Assembly: GCA_011605725.1 (NCBI GenBank)
Contig: JAAOZP010000014.1
Coordinates: forward strand, 1-64,000
Length of the DNA: 64,000 nt
Origin: Nitrososphaerota archaeon
GTDB lineage: Archaea > Thermoproteota > EX4484-205 > JAAOZP01
Direction: 5' to 3'
The notes under the pieces were generated by a model that was given only the letters and a program-made list of their open reading frames with translations, was not told where the DNA came from and ran no database searches. Below, one piece after another: positions 30,557 to 40,272 of this stretch; the first letter of the stretch is position 1; each line of letters begins with the position of its first letter. A program made the position numbers and the translations under genes.

Positions 30557-31115
30557 TGAAGATACGGTATTTAACTTCTGTGGACAGTTCTTCCACGACC
30601 CTCTGCGCCATGAGCCTTGCAATCCCTTGTATTCCAGTCCTGCTTGAAAAATCCTGGAAAGACATGAAAGGCTTCTTAGCTCTCTCCTCAAGAATCTTTT
30701 TAGCATTCATCTTGCCAATGCTTGGGAGAAGCTCTATCGCATGCATTTTCGGCGAGATGGATTGGAGACTGTTTAAAAGATCTATAAACCTGGGCTCGTT
30801 TCTAACTATTATGAATTCTGCAACCTCTGGAAGCATGTACCTGGCTTGAGGAGTCAGCTCACTATATCTTATTCGCCCAAGCACGTTCTTAACCTGAGGC
30901 CTCTCCCCCTTACCTATGAAAACCCTTTCCTTAATCCCCAGCCTAACATGGGGAAATAGAGAAACCTCTAGCAGGGTAAAATAGTTTTCACCGAGAAGCT
31001 GTGCATAGGGCGTGTGCACGGGCCTGCCGACCCTGCTTAAAACCCTGCCTTCTTCCAAGAAGTCTAAAACATAGCCGTATTCTTCGAAAATTCTTTTACC
31101 TTTTGCATAACTCAT
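30546..31115 (-). CDS. DUF655 putative RNA-binding protein
   Basis: EEYGYVLDF, FTLLE, ELLP.IGK. Confidence 0.85.
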   Translation of the reverse strand: MSYAKGKRIFEEYGYVLDFLEEGRVLSRVGRPVHTPYAQLLGENYFTLLEVSLFPHVRLGIKERVFIGKGERPQVKNVLGRIRYSELTPQARYMLPEVAEFIIVRNEPRFIDLLNSLQSISPKMHAIELLPSIGKMNAKKILEERAKKPFMSFQDFSSRTGIQGIARLMAQRVVEELSTEVKYRIFTRD

Positions 31116-31403
31116 TTTAAAAGCCTCCTTTCAGGCTCTAACCAGTATGAGAAACCCTAGGCTGCACTAATGTTTCCGCATGTTTATCATACGTTTTCTC
31201 TAGGGATTCGAATGCCTCCATCACCCTGATCAATTGTTTTTGAAGCGTTAAATCGTAAGATAAAGTTTTTCTTTCAGCACGGGTCTTACCCTCCAGCCTA
31301 TGAGGATAAGGTGTTTGCAGGAAAAAACATGACTTTTCAGAGTTACTCTGAGGCTAAACCTTTTTAAACCATCTTAAGCCCGGGAAATAAGCGGGTAATA
31401 TAA

Positions 31404-32144
31404 ATGCTTTATTTGAAAGGCCTCGTCGTAGAGCTCGGGGGTAAAACCGTGATTAAAGGAGTAGACCTTCAAGTCAACAGGGAGGAACTAGCCCTGCTTA
31501 TGGGGCCCAACGGCTCGGGAAAATCCACACTGCTACACGCGATAGTCGGGGACAAAAGGTGTAGAGTTGTTTCAGGATCCCTGGTCTTCAACGGGGCAGA
31601 GCTGACTAGCTTAACAATGGAGGAGAGGGTTAGGCTGGGCCTAGGCCTAGGCTTCCAGTTCCCGCCGAGGTTGAAAGGCGTCAGGCTGAGGAGCCTAGTG
31701 TTAAGAATACTCGAGAAAAAAGGCCTGTCGAAGGATGAGGCTGAAAGGGTTCTCGAAGAGTATTCACGGCTCCTCAGGCTGGAGGGTCTTCTAGACAAGG
31801 ATTTCAACGTTGGCTTCAGCGGGGGAGAGGCTAAGAGGGCTGAACTAATGCTGACCCTGCTTCAAAACCCTCTCCTCCTGCTTTTAGACGAGCCTGACTC
31901 AGGCGTCGACGTGGAGAATCTTGCACTCATGGGTTCAGCAATATCCCGCTACCTGTCTTCAAACGGGAGGGCAGCAATACTGATAACCCACACGGGTTAT
32001 ATTGCTAGACACGTCAAGGCTTCTGAAGCACACGTTATGATCGATGGAAGAATAGTGTGCAGCGGAGACCCTGAGGAAATGGTTTCAAACATCATGGAGC
32101 ATGGTTTCGAAGCATGCGTGAACTGCAGGAGGGCTAAGCGGTGA
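31404..32144 (+). CDS. sufC: SufC-like ABC ATPase
   Basis: GPNGSGKS, FSGGE.KR, DEPDSG. Confidence 0.9.
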   Translation: MLYLKGLVVELGGKTVIKGVDLQVNREELALLMGPNGSGKSTLLHAIVGDKRCRVVSGSLVFNGAELTSLTMEERVRLGLGLGFQFPPRLKGVRLRSLVLRILEKKGLSKDEAERVLEEYSRLLRLEGLLDKDFNVGFSGGEAKRAELMLTLLQNPLLLLLDEPDSGVDVENLALMGSAISRYLSSNGRAAILITHTGYIARHVKASEAHVMIDGRIVCSGDPEEMVSNIMEHGFEACVNCRRAKR

Positions 32145-33346
32145 ATCTGGAGGAGGCTAGAAGACTTCTCAAGCCGAAGGCTGAGAAAGCCTTGGCTAAA
32201 CCGGCTCCATACGGGTTAGACCTGAGTCTTTCAAGTTTCAATCTTGGAACAGGCTTTGGAACAGGAGTTGAAGGCTCTGAGAAGATTCTAGAATCAGTGG
32301 GGATAGACTTGAATGAAAGGAACAGGTCTGGAAGCTACTACCAGGTGGATAACAAGGCAGTGTATTCCTCCACTAGGCAGAAAGGGTTAACGGTTAAACC
32401 GTTAAGCCAGGCTCTTAAAAACCCTGAAAACCTAGACTACTATTGGAAGGCTCTGCCCGTCGACACCGACAAGTATACTGCTGCAGCATTCCTAGGGGAG
32501 AAGGAAGGATACTTCATAAAAGTGGATGACGGTGTTAACGTTGACACGCCTGTGCAAGCCTGCCTCCTCCTTAGAACACCGGGATTGATTCAGGCTCCGC
32601 ACAACATAGTGGTGGTTGGGGAAAACTCCAGGTTGCACGTAATAACGGGGTGCGCCGCCATGAGGGAGGAGGCTGGCCTACACATCGGAGTATCAGAGTT
32701 CTACGTGAAGAAGGGAGGCACATTAACTTTCACCATGATCCACAGCTGGGGTAAAGCTATTCACGTCAGACCCAGGACAGTAGCCCACGTCGGGGAAAAC
32801 AGTGTCTTCATAAGCCACTACATAAACACTTCGCAAGTCTCCTCTCTCCAAACACATCCTGTAGCATATCTAGACGGGGAGGGAAGTAGAGCCTACTTGT
32901 CATCCATAATAATAGGCAGGGGAGCATCCAAAATTGACGTGGGCGGCACCCTGGAACTAGATGCTCCAGCATGCTCCGGCGAAATACTTTCTAGAACAAT
33001 AGGCTTCGACGAGAGCACGGTCATCGCTAGAGCCAGGGTCACCGGCAAGGCTCCAGGAGTTAGGGGGCATGTGGAATGCAGGGGACTACTATTGTCGAAC
33101 AAGTCTAGGATAGACGCAATACCTGAGCTGGAGGCAAGAGTGCAGGATGTTCAGCTGACTCATGAGGCTGCCATAGGCAGGATAGCTGAGGAGGAGCTCC
33201 TATACCTGGTGGCGAGAGGCTTCACAGAGGAAGAAGCCAGATCAATAATAGTGAGAGGCTTCCTGAGCGTCGAGCTTACAGGCCTCCCTGAAAACCTGGC
33301 TAAGTACTTGGAGGGTATTCTAGACAGCCTAGCCTCCTCGCTCTAG
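32141..33346 (+). CDS. sufB: SufB/SufD-family Fe-S assembly protein
   Basis: GHVECRGLL, THEAAIG, LVARG; follows sufC. Confidence 0.9.
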   Translation: MNLEEARRLLKPKAEKALAKPAPYGLDLSLSSFNLGTGFGTGVEGSEKILESVGIDLNERNRSGSYYQVDNKAVYSSTRQKGLTVKPLSQALKNPENLDYYWKALPVDTDKYTAAAFLGEKEGYFIKVDDGVNVDTPVQACLLLRTPGLIQAPHNIVVVGENSRLHVITGCAAMREEAGLHIGVSEFYVKKGGTLTFTMIHSWGKAIHVRPRTVAHVGENSVFISHYINTSQVSSLQTHPVAYLDGEGSRAYLSSIIIGRGASKIDVGGTLELDAPACSGEILSRTIGFDESTVIARARVTGKAPGVRGHVECRGLLLSNKSRIDAIPELEARVQDVQLTHEAAIGRIAEEELLYLVARGFTEEEARSIIVRGFLSVELTGLPENLAKYLEGILDSLASSL

Positions 33347-33393
33347 CCTTCGCCCCAAAAATTGAAGCGCGCGAGAGGAGGTTCGAGAAATAT

Positions 33394-33741
33394 TTGAAGA
33401 TGACTAGCGCCTTCAGGTTTCCTGGCCTGAGGGTCGGATGGAGCCTTGCAGACTGCGCCAAGAGCCACATGTGGGGAATCGAGGTAGCTAAAAGGGTTAG
33501 CGAAAAACATGGTGTCAAGGTTAGATTCGAAATAGACTATGAATCGGGCTTCTTCACAACCTTCGACTCAACTGGGATGAACGACGAGCAGTTAATCAAC
33601 GAGATCATGAAGAGGGTAAACGCAATCGCCGAAGCTAGGGAGATGTTTTTTAATGAGGAAACGATGAACGAATTCCTGGCCAGCAAAGGAATAGAGGTTG
33701 AGAGGAAGCGCAGCAGGCGAAGACGAGTCTCGAGAAGCTGA
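33394..33741 (+). CDS. Hypothetical protein
   Basis: Plausible 115-aa ORF in the island 3' of tRNA-Lys. Confidence 0.55.
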   Translation: MKMTSAFRFPGLRVGWSLADCAKSHMWGIEVAKRVSEKHGVKVRFEIDYESGFFTTFDSTGMNDEQLINEIMKRVNAIAEAREMFFNEETMNEFLASKGIEVERKRSRRRRVSRS

Positions 33742-34007
33742 AGGGCAAGAAGGCATTCGTAAGGCTGCTATGGTTCGATGAAGTAGCTAAGAAAGCTTCG
33801 AAGGAGCATGAGGTAGAGGTCAGGGTTAAGGTTGCCGATGATTCCGAATAGCGTGCCATATTGATCAAGCCTTTGAAGCATAACTGGACACGCATCCTGC
33901 CTTCTGTCTTTAGCATGAATTAGAGGGTTGGCAGAAGAGGGTTAAGTTCCAACTGACTTCAAAAAGGTGAAACATTATAGAAACATATCTATAACTATAA
34001 ATTATTG

Positions 34008-34103
34008 CGGGCCCGGCGGGAATTGAACCCGCAACATCTGGGTTAAAAGCCCAGCGCTCTAACCAGGCTGCTCTCCACACATGTGGATTTGAGCTACGGG
34101 CCC
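34008..34103 (-). tRNA. tRNA-Lys(TTT) with ~21-nt non-canonical D-arm intron
   Basis: GGGCCCG/CGGGCCC acceptor; CTGGG-CTTTTAA-CCCAG anticodon arm; hairpin insert at ~34068-34090. Confidence 0.9.
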
Positions 34104-34229
34104 TAGAAAAGCTGAGCTCAAGAGGAATAAAAACGTTTCTTAGCTCGATCAAGATATGGCAAGCTTAGGATTCCTGAGCCTTATCCTCGGGGGATTCGTA
34201 TTATTGCCGGTTAAATATTGTTGTTTCCG

Positions 34230-34769
34230 CTAGCTGAGGATTTCTTGGAAAAACTCGTTTAATTCTTCAAGCCTTCTTATCGCGGGGTGGTCTGAGCCCA
34301 GCTTCTCCTTGAAGTATTTCAGGGTCTCTGTGAACTCTACTTTCCTGTCGCCGTCTACAAGCTTGTCAGCGTAGCAGACTATTTTCTCCTCAATGGTCTC
34401 GGGGATTAGGCTTATGGAGCCTAGTTTCAGCTTCACCGCTTCCTCCTCGCTTATTCCTGCTCCCACGTGTCTCTCAACTATTTTCGCAAGCCTCTCGTCC
34501 AGTTTTCTTCTTCTCACTATTTGCCCGCCTATTACTCCGTGTGAAACATCATGGGTAACTGCTCTACCAATGTCGTGGAGCAGTGCTCCTGCTGCAACCA
34601 GCTTCCTATTCACATGATATCCTTTCGACTCTAGTCTGTTTGCTAAGTCTTTTGCGACTTCGCTGACTTTCAAAACGTGTTTGAGAACGTTACTGTTAAC
34701 CCCTTCCTCTAAAAGAATCTTCACGCATTTATCCTCACTCGGTATTCTACTCTTTCTCCTCATTTTCAA
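34230..34769 (-). CDS. HD-domain protein (TIGR00295-like)
   Basis: LLHDIGR, ERHVGAGI, YADKL. Confidence 0.9.
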   Translation of the reverse strand: MKMRRKSRIPSEDKCVKILLEEGVNSNVLKHVLKVSEVAKDLANRLESKGYHVNRKLVAAGALLHDIGRAVTHDVSHGVIGGQIVRRRKLDERLAKIVERHVGAGISEEEAVKLKLGSISLIPETIEEKIVCYADKLVDGDRKVEFTETLKYFKEKLGSDHPAIRRLEELNEFFQEILS

Positions 34770-35274
34770 TTGTTTTTATCAACGTATTCAGCTTCTTCAA
34801 GTATTCCTCCTTATTCATTCTGAACAAGGGTTCGCCGCACACGGGGCATTTGAAAAGGTTTTCAACAGCCTCGTCGAAAACAAGTATTTTATGACCTTCC
34901 TTCCCACAGTGGTAGAGCTCGTTGGCCTCGACGAACGCGAGCTTCTCCTTAAGCTTCTGCAGAATCATTCTCCTGTAGTTTGTCGCTATTCCTTCCGCCT
35001 GGTCTATAAGCGGCATCCATAGGAATATGCTTTTTATCTTGTCTCCCTCCTCCTTCTTCAATTCCTCGTAGGTTATCAAAGCCTTCTCGTAAAGCTTGAA
35101 AAGTATCTTCCTAACGTCTCCCACTCTTAACCCGGTTTTAGAGGATATTTGCTCTTCAGTAGCCTTCTTAAGCTGTATTAATGCTTCCGCAACCTCTATC
35201 GCCTCGTCTCCTCCTATCAGGCCTACGATCTGCGTGTAAAGGTGGCTTATGGCGTCAAACCTGTCCTCGCTCAA
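34747..35274 (-). CDS. tfe: Transcription factor E alpha
   Basis: wHTH VRKILFKLY; F.CPVCG.PL Zn ribbon. Confidence 0.9.
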   Translation of the reverse strand: MSEDRFDAISHLYTQIVGLIGGDEAIEVAEALIQLKKATEEQISSKTGLRVGDVRKILFKLYEKALITYEELKKEEGDKIKSIFLWMPLIDQAEGIATNYRRMILQKLKEKLAFVEANELYHCGKEGHKILVFDEAVENLFKCPVCGEPLFRMNKEEYLKKLNTLIKTIENEEKE

Positions 35275-35836
35275 CTTTCTCCTCCTCCTTGTAAAGCGGG
35301 TTCCTACATATTACTTTTCCCCTAGGCGAGGGAACCACGGAGATCCTTGCCTTGTAATGCTGCATATAGAGCTCCCTACCCTTGAAAAACCTGTCTAAGA
35401 ATATTGCGAGCGCAGCTATCTCTGAATGAGGCTGGTTCGTTATCGAAACATTATAGTCGGAAGCTTCATAGGCTTCGCGTGGAACCTTTCGGCCGCCGAT
35501 TATCACTAGGAGCCTGCCCGCCCCTCTGACGCGTTCAATAACGTTTTCAACAGGCATGCCGTACATCGTGAGGTGGATGATGAGGCTTCCCCTGCTTCTC
35601 CACTCCTCAACTGTTTTCAGCCAGTTTCCACTGTAGTCGACGCTTATTCTTCCACCCCAATCTTTAACAACCTTTCTGGCTTTCTCCTCAAGCTTAGAAT
35701 CCCTGTCCCCGTGAATGATGAACGATGATGCTCCGAAGGCTCTTGAAACAAGGAAAGCATGCATAGTTACCCTCTTATCCCTGAATATTCTGTGGCCGAG
35801 ACGGAGAACGCCTATTTCGCAACACTCCTGCATCAT
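35255..35836 (-). CDS. tRNA C56 2'-O-methyltransferase aTrm56
   Basis: RLGHR..RDKRVT, HLTMYG, NQPHSEIAALA. Confidence 0.9.
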   Translation of the reverse strand: MMQECCEIGVLRLGHRIFRDKRVTMHAFLVSRAFGASSFIIHGDRDSKLEEKARKVVKDWGGRISVDYSGNWLKTVEEWRSRGSLIIHLTMYGMPVENVIERVRGAGRLLVIIGGRKVPREAYEASDYNVSITNQPHSEIAALAIFLDRFFKGRELYMQHYKARISVVPSPRGKVICRNPLYKEEEKVERGQV

Positions 35837-35852
35837 GGCTAAAACTAGCCTC

Positions 35853-36389
35853 CTACTGTTCCGCAGCCTCGTCGCGCAAAACATCTCCCAGGGTTAAGGT
35901 TGAAGAAGGCTTCTTGACGAGATGCTGGGTTGGAAGCTTTTCTTCCCTCACAGTACTCGTTTTAAGCAGCTTTATTTTTAAAGCATCCTCTATCTTCCTA
36001 ATGTCAACCAACGATGGAGTTATCTTTCCAGATTCAATCTTCTTTACTAGAGACGTTTTTAAACCGGTTTTCTCACCCAGGTCCTCCTCGCTCCAGCCGA
36101 GTTCTCTCCTCCTATTCTTAATAAGCTCCTTATAATTGTCTACAAGCTCCATCGTCTCCGGTAGGGGAACAGTTTCAACAGGAGTTTTCTTCTCAACTCT
36201 TTTAACCATGGCTGGCTTGGCAACAACCGGTTTCTTAAGCAGGGCTCCACTAGGCTTGACAAGCATGCTTTCAACAGGAGTTTTCTTAGTAAGAGTGTTG
36301 AAACAGTCTGGGCAAACATTCATAACACTGCCCTCCACAATAACTCTCCTGAGCTTCGGCGACCTAGCTCCACATATCTCACATATCAT
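35853..36389 (-). CDS. Multiprotein bridging factor aMBF1
   Basis: CEICG..C.DC Zn ribbon, HTH, TLGD. Confidence 0.9.
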   Translation of the reverse strand: MICEICGARSPKLRRVIVEGSVMNVCPDCFNTLTKKTPVESMLVKPSGALLKKPVVAKPAMVKRVEKKTPVETVPLPETMELVDNYKELIKNRRRELGWSEEDLGEKTGLKTSLVKKIESGKITPSLVDIRKIEDALKIKLLKTSTVREEKLPTQHLVKKPSSTLTLGDVLRDEAAEQ

Positions 36390-36435
36390 TTTAAAGACGC
36401 TTAAGAGACTATGCGGGAAGCAAATATGCCTTTCC

Positions 36436-36789
36436 CTATTGGCCTGATTGAAGGAGGACTATTGCTTGAGCAATATCGCCCTCCGTTGTTATCAGCGCCT
36501 TCCTAGCTTCCTCAACACTTCTACCAGTCTGTTTCGCCACCAGCAGAACATCCTCCTCCTGAGGAACATACTCTTCCTTCTCCTTCTTCTCAACCATAGG
36601 CTCCCCGATAACCTGGTATATCTCCTGGCCACCACCAACCATCTTAGTCACAGTCGGAGAGTCGAAAACAATCCTCTCACTATCAGTCTCTATAATCACG
36701 CTTCTAACGCCCTGTACCTCTTCAATCCTTATCCCAAGCCTCTTGAGCAGACGTTCCTGCTCCCTCTTAGACCCGAATCTCAGTCCCAT
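36436..36789 (-). CDS. nac: Nascent polypeptide-associated complex protein
   Basis: C-terminal EEDV.LVA.QTG..EEARKAL..GDIAQAI. Confidence 0.9.
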   Translation of the reverse strand: MGLRFGSKREQERLLKRLGIRIEEVQGVRSVIIETDSERIVFDSPTVTKMVGGGQEIYQVIGEPMVEKKEKEEYVPQEEDVLLVAKQTGRSVEEARKALITTEGDIAQAIVLLQSGQ

Positions 36790-36832
36790 GGCTAACGGTT
36801 CACGATACTCTTCACCAGGGTTGGCTTAAACT

Positions 36833-37075
36833 TTACTTGGAGAAGCCTTCGATAGGCATCAGAGTAAGAGTGTTCCTCACACCCTCAATCTTCCTAATAT
36901 ACTTGCTTATGAATTCCTTAAGCTTCTCACTGTTCTCAGCCTCAACCTTAGTAATAATATCGTAGACGCCGAAAACAATCCAGGACTCTACAACCCCAGG
37001 AGTCTCCTTAAGCTTATTCAGAACATCGTTCTCAGTACCTATCTCAACATTCATCAAAACATATGCGTGAGCCAT
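36833..37075 (-). CDS. Lrp/AsnC ligand-binding domain protein
   Basis: AYVLMN..G, VFGVYDII.KVE. Confidence 0.85.
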   Translation of the reverse strand: MAHAYVLMNVEIGTENDVLNKLKETPGVVESWIVFGVYDIITKVEAENSEKLKEFISKYIRKIEGVRNTLTLMPIEGFSK

Positions 37076-37282
37076 TTTCCCATCTAAGATTAATTCCCAT
37101 TAACTCCTTAATAAAACCTTCCCCGTCCCAGCCCCTGTTTAAGCCTAGCCGGCATTAAACAACCGTTAAAAACAGCAAGCAACACTAGAAACACTATATA
37201 TGGTTGAAACAGAGCGTAAACCCTATCTCATTAGCATGAAAAACCTTAAAAATCCGTCGCAAATGAAAACACACGGGGAACC

Positions 37283-37421
37283 GGGGCCATAGTCTAACCA
37301 GGCAGGACGGCGGGCTCCAGCCAAACGCAAGCCAGCGATCCCGGCGAGGGAGATGAGGAAAGGTTGGAGCTGGGAATATGAGAGACACCCGTGAATGGGC
37401 GTTCAAATCGCCCTGGCCCCA
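37283..37421 (+). tRNA. tRNA-Trp(CCA) with ~66-nt intron at 37/38 (37321-37386)
   Basis: GGGGCCA/TGGCCCC acceptor; GCGGG-CTCCAG..A-CCCGT anticodon arm; GGGCG-TTCAAAT-CGCCC T arm. Confidence 0.9.
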
Positions 37422-37574
37422 CTCCCCTCTTAAGGGATTCTTTAAGCCAGCTTATAGAAACTTCCTGCTCCTTTCTCTCATGCCTTTTGGACTTTTTCCT
37501 TAACCCAAACTTGGCTAAAAGAGTATCGCGGACACTAAGTATTCCTTTCTGTATTCACCCTCTTCGAACACCAG

Positions 37575-37784
37575 ATGCCAAAAAGCCTCCATATACGTCT
37601 GAAGTCCGTAGTGGGGAAGGAAGACCTCAATAGTGGCGAATTAAGGTCTGTCGAGGAGAAATTGACAAGGTTTTCATGCAGAAGAATCTTATTCGTGCCG
37701 AAGAAGGAGAAATTGCCTAAGGAACCCAATGGGATAGAAGTATGGGACGTTGACGCAATCCTCAATCGTGAACAGGAGAACTAG
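37575..37784 (+). pseudogene. C-terminal remnant, possibly of an archaeal ATPase/nuclease fusion
   Basis: ..EEKLTRFSCRRILFVP..GIEVWD resembles such C-termini from memory; no N-terminus. Confidence 0.35.
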
Positions 37785-37952
37785 AAATTATCGCGTGTTA
37801 GCGTGCTTAATCTGCCCGAACTCTCCCTGTCCTCGACTACCAGCAGTGGATTTCCACGTTTTGAGAGTATTTCCTATCGGCTTGATTCCATTTGGATACA
37901 TTTTTCTAATTTCATCTATTCCTTTAGTAACTGTCTAACAAAAAGTTTAATT

Positions 37953-38591
37953 CTATAATACTTCGAGATTAAACCAGAATCTTGCTTTAGGATACTTCTT
38001 GTGGATTTCCAGGGCTTTCATGAAGAAGTCGCCGAATTTTTTGCCACGCCAGTTCATGGTTTCTATTGTACGATTCATGTTTTCCTCGAGCGTTGACTCT
38101 TTATGTGAAAACCATCGGAGGAGCCTCTTGGCGACCTCCATGTCCTGGGGGTCCTCCTTCGAGAGCAGAGTCTGCGACGCGAGACGGTTTATCTCGTCCT
38201 GCACCTCTTTCAAATCCAGTATCTCGCATGGCCAGAGCGCACGCTTCCCCCTTCCTCTTAGCAACCTCACGAACCTCGTCCTCACTTTTATCTTCTCCCT
38301 CAGGGAGTTGAACAGCCGGTAGGTCTCCTCAAAGTAGGAGAACGGTAGATCATAACCGAAGAATAGCGACATCGATAGCGATGCTTCGCGTATTTCCCGT
38401 AGATCTTCGTCATTATGGATGATATGGCATGTATGAATAAGCATTGGTATGTATTTGAAGCCCTTGAGCTGGAGAGCCTTGACATCGCTCCAGCCAAACC
38501 ATAAGCCCTCCTTATCAAGCCGCTCGATCTCCTCCCTAGCTTTTCGCGAACACCTGCTTGAGGCCTTTATGCCGAGGACGAGTTGCGTCAT
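37953..38591 (-). CDS. Putative immunity protein, copy D
   Basis: Paralog family (LQ.KG.KY.P, ALW, L..EDP.D, KKYP.ARFW); starts 3 nt after a nuclease-tip remnant. Confidence 0.7.
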   Translation of the reverse strand: MTQLVLGIKASSRCSRKAREEIERLDKEGLWFGWSDVKALQLKGFKYIPMLIHTCHIIHNDEDLREIREASLSMSLFFGYDLPFSYFEETYRLFNSLREKIKVRTRFVRLLRGRGKRALWPCEILDLKEVQDEINRLASQTLLSKEDPQDMEVAKRLLRWFSHKESTLEENMNRTIETMNWRGKKFGDFFMKALEIHKKYPKARFWFNLEVL

Positions 38592-38594
38592 GCC

Positions 38595-38749
38595 TCAACC
38601 TCCAGTCCACTCCACACCTTTAATGAAAATCTTAAGCACATCCCTATTGCTTTTATAAAGCTCTTTAAGATACTCGAAGAGGGCTTTTGCATTCAGGGAC
38701 TGAGGCTCATCGTAGAAGCGGTACATCAGGATTGCATTCCCCCTCTTTT
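38595..38749 (-). pseudogene. Nuclease-tip remnant D (last ~50 codons)
   Basis: Translates NAILMYRFYDEPQSLNAKALFEYLKELYKSNRDVLKIFIKGVEWTGG*. Confidence 0.85.
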
Positions 38750-39349
38750 TTATAGCAATATGACATACCACCAGAACCTTGCACTGGGGTATTTTTTAGA
38801 AATGTCTATTAGATTCAGGAAGTAGCTACCGATATCCCTTACACATTTGTTTTCGAATTCTATCTCACGGTCGATTTTCTCCTCTAGTTCCATTTCCTCG
38901 TCCTTAAGAGAGCTGTGAGCAAGGAGCCTCATAGCCATCTTCCTATCATCAGGGTCCTCCTTAAACAACAAGGGATGCGTTACGAGCCTATGAACCTCGT
39001 TCTGAACCTCCTTAAGCTTAAGGACGTCGTTGGACCAGAGAGCATATTCCGCTCTACCCTTTGGTCTGACGATTCTAACATCGATTCTCTGCTTCAACTC
39101 CCTAAACGTTTTAATGATCTCCTCAAAGTAAGAAGGAGGAAGGCCGATGTAAGAGGATAGGAAATCTGAGGGCTCCTCGGCGATAAAGGATGCAGTATAC
39201 ACTATAGTCGGTACATACTTCAAGCCCTTATACTGCATGAGTTCTGTCTCAATCCAAAAGAAGCTCTTGCTCTTATACTGCTTAAGCTCTTTCCTAGCTT
39301 TCCACGGAGACTTGCTCGAAATCCTCAGCTTGAGATAGTAATTGCTCAT
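38750..39349 (-). CDS. Putative immunity protein, copy C
   Basis: Same paralog family; follows remnant C. Confidence 0.7.
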   Translation of the reverse strand: MSNYYLKLRISSKSPWKARKELKQYKSKSFFWIETELMQYKGLKYVPTIVYTASFIAEEPSDFLSSYIGLPPSYFEEIIKTFRELKQRIDVRIVRPKGRAEYALWSNDVLKLKEVQNEVHRLVTHPLLFKEDPDDRKMAMRLLAHSSLKDEEMELEEKIDREIEFENKCVRDIGSYFLNLIDISKKYPSARFWWYVILL

Positions 39350-39353
39350 CCCG

Positions 39354-39665
39354 CTAGCCTCCAGTCCATTCTATGCCATTGATAAAGATTCTCAATCTTC
39401 CAGGATGCCTTCTACTTAGCTCCTCAAGGTAATCGAACAGCCCCATTGCATCCATGCTCCGAGGCTCCTCATAAAATCGATACATCAAAACTGAGCCCTC
39501 TTTCTCAGCAACATATAGGTATACATCAGCATCTTTTTTCAAGTCTTCAAGACCACCTGTTTCATATCCATGCTTAACCTCAATACTTTTCTTAAATCGC
39601 CTACATAATCAAAGAAACGGTCTATTTTCCGTAATCCTTCTGCCTTGGCCTCGAAACGGTTTCTC
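39354..39665 (-). pseudogene. Nuclease-tip remnant C (frameshifted, ~100 codons)
   Basis: FFDYVG in one frame, IEVKHGYETG..LMYRFYEEP..GIEWTGG* in another. Confidence 0.85.
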
Positions 39666-40272
39666 ATCCGGGGGTTTCTACGTAAAGCCAGAACTTCGCA
39701 GTAGGATATTTTTTCGAAATATCTATCAGCTTCAAGAAATAGCTGGCGAAGTCTTTGCTCCACTTATTTTCAGATTCTATCACCTTGTCTATTTTATCTT
39801 CAAAAGTTAACTTCTCTTTTCCATGCCAATGAATATGGGGAAGAAGCTTTTCAGCTATCTTCCTGTCCTCAGGGTCTTCCCTCGATAGCAAATCGCCGTT
39901 AGCAAGCCAATTTACCTCATCCTGGACCTTCCTAAGGCTGAGGACGATGTTGGGCCAGAGGGCATAATCTGCCCTGCTCCATGACCTAACGATTCTAACA
40001 TTAACCTTCTGCCTTAATTCCTCAAATACCTTAATAACTTCTTCGAAGTGGGAGAGCGATAAGCCGATCCTAGAGGGCAAAAACTCAGAAGGCCTTTTAG
40101 GCACTCCGCTTGCAGCATAGATTATTGTCGGCATATACTTTAAGCCCTTTAACTGCAGTACCTCAATATCAGTCCACCAAATGGGGCGTTTATACTTAAC
40201 CTCCTTAAGCTCCTTCCTAGCCTCCCGCGGGGTCTTGCTTGAAACCCTTATCCTTAGGTAGTAGTGGCTCAT
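39664..40272 (-). CDS. Putative immunity protein, copy B
   Basis: Same paralog family; ATG abuts the stop of tip B. Confidence 0.7.
   Translation of the reverse strand: MSHYYLRIRVSSKTPREARKELKEVKYKRPIWWTDIEVLQLKGLKYMPTIIYAASGVPKRPSEFLPSRIGLSLSHFEEVIKVFEELRQKVNVRIVRSWSRADYALWPNIVLSLRKVQDEVNWLANGDLLSREDPEDRKIAEKLLPHIHWHGKEKLTFEDKIDKVIESENKWSKDFASYFLKLIDISKKYPTAKFWLYVETPG

Noticed and set aside
39539-39763. 74-aa ORF as a real gene
   Set aside because: Chimera of an alternate frame of immunity B and part of frameshifted tip C.
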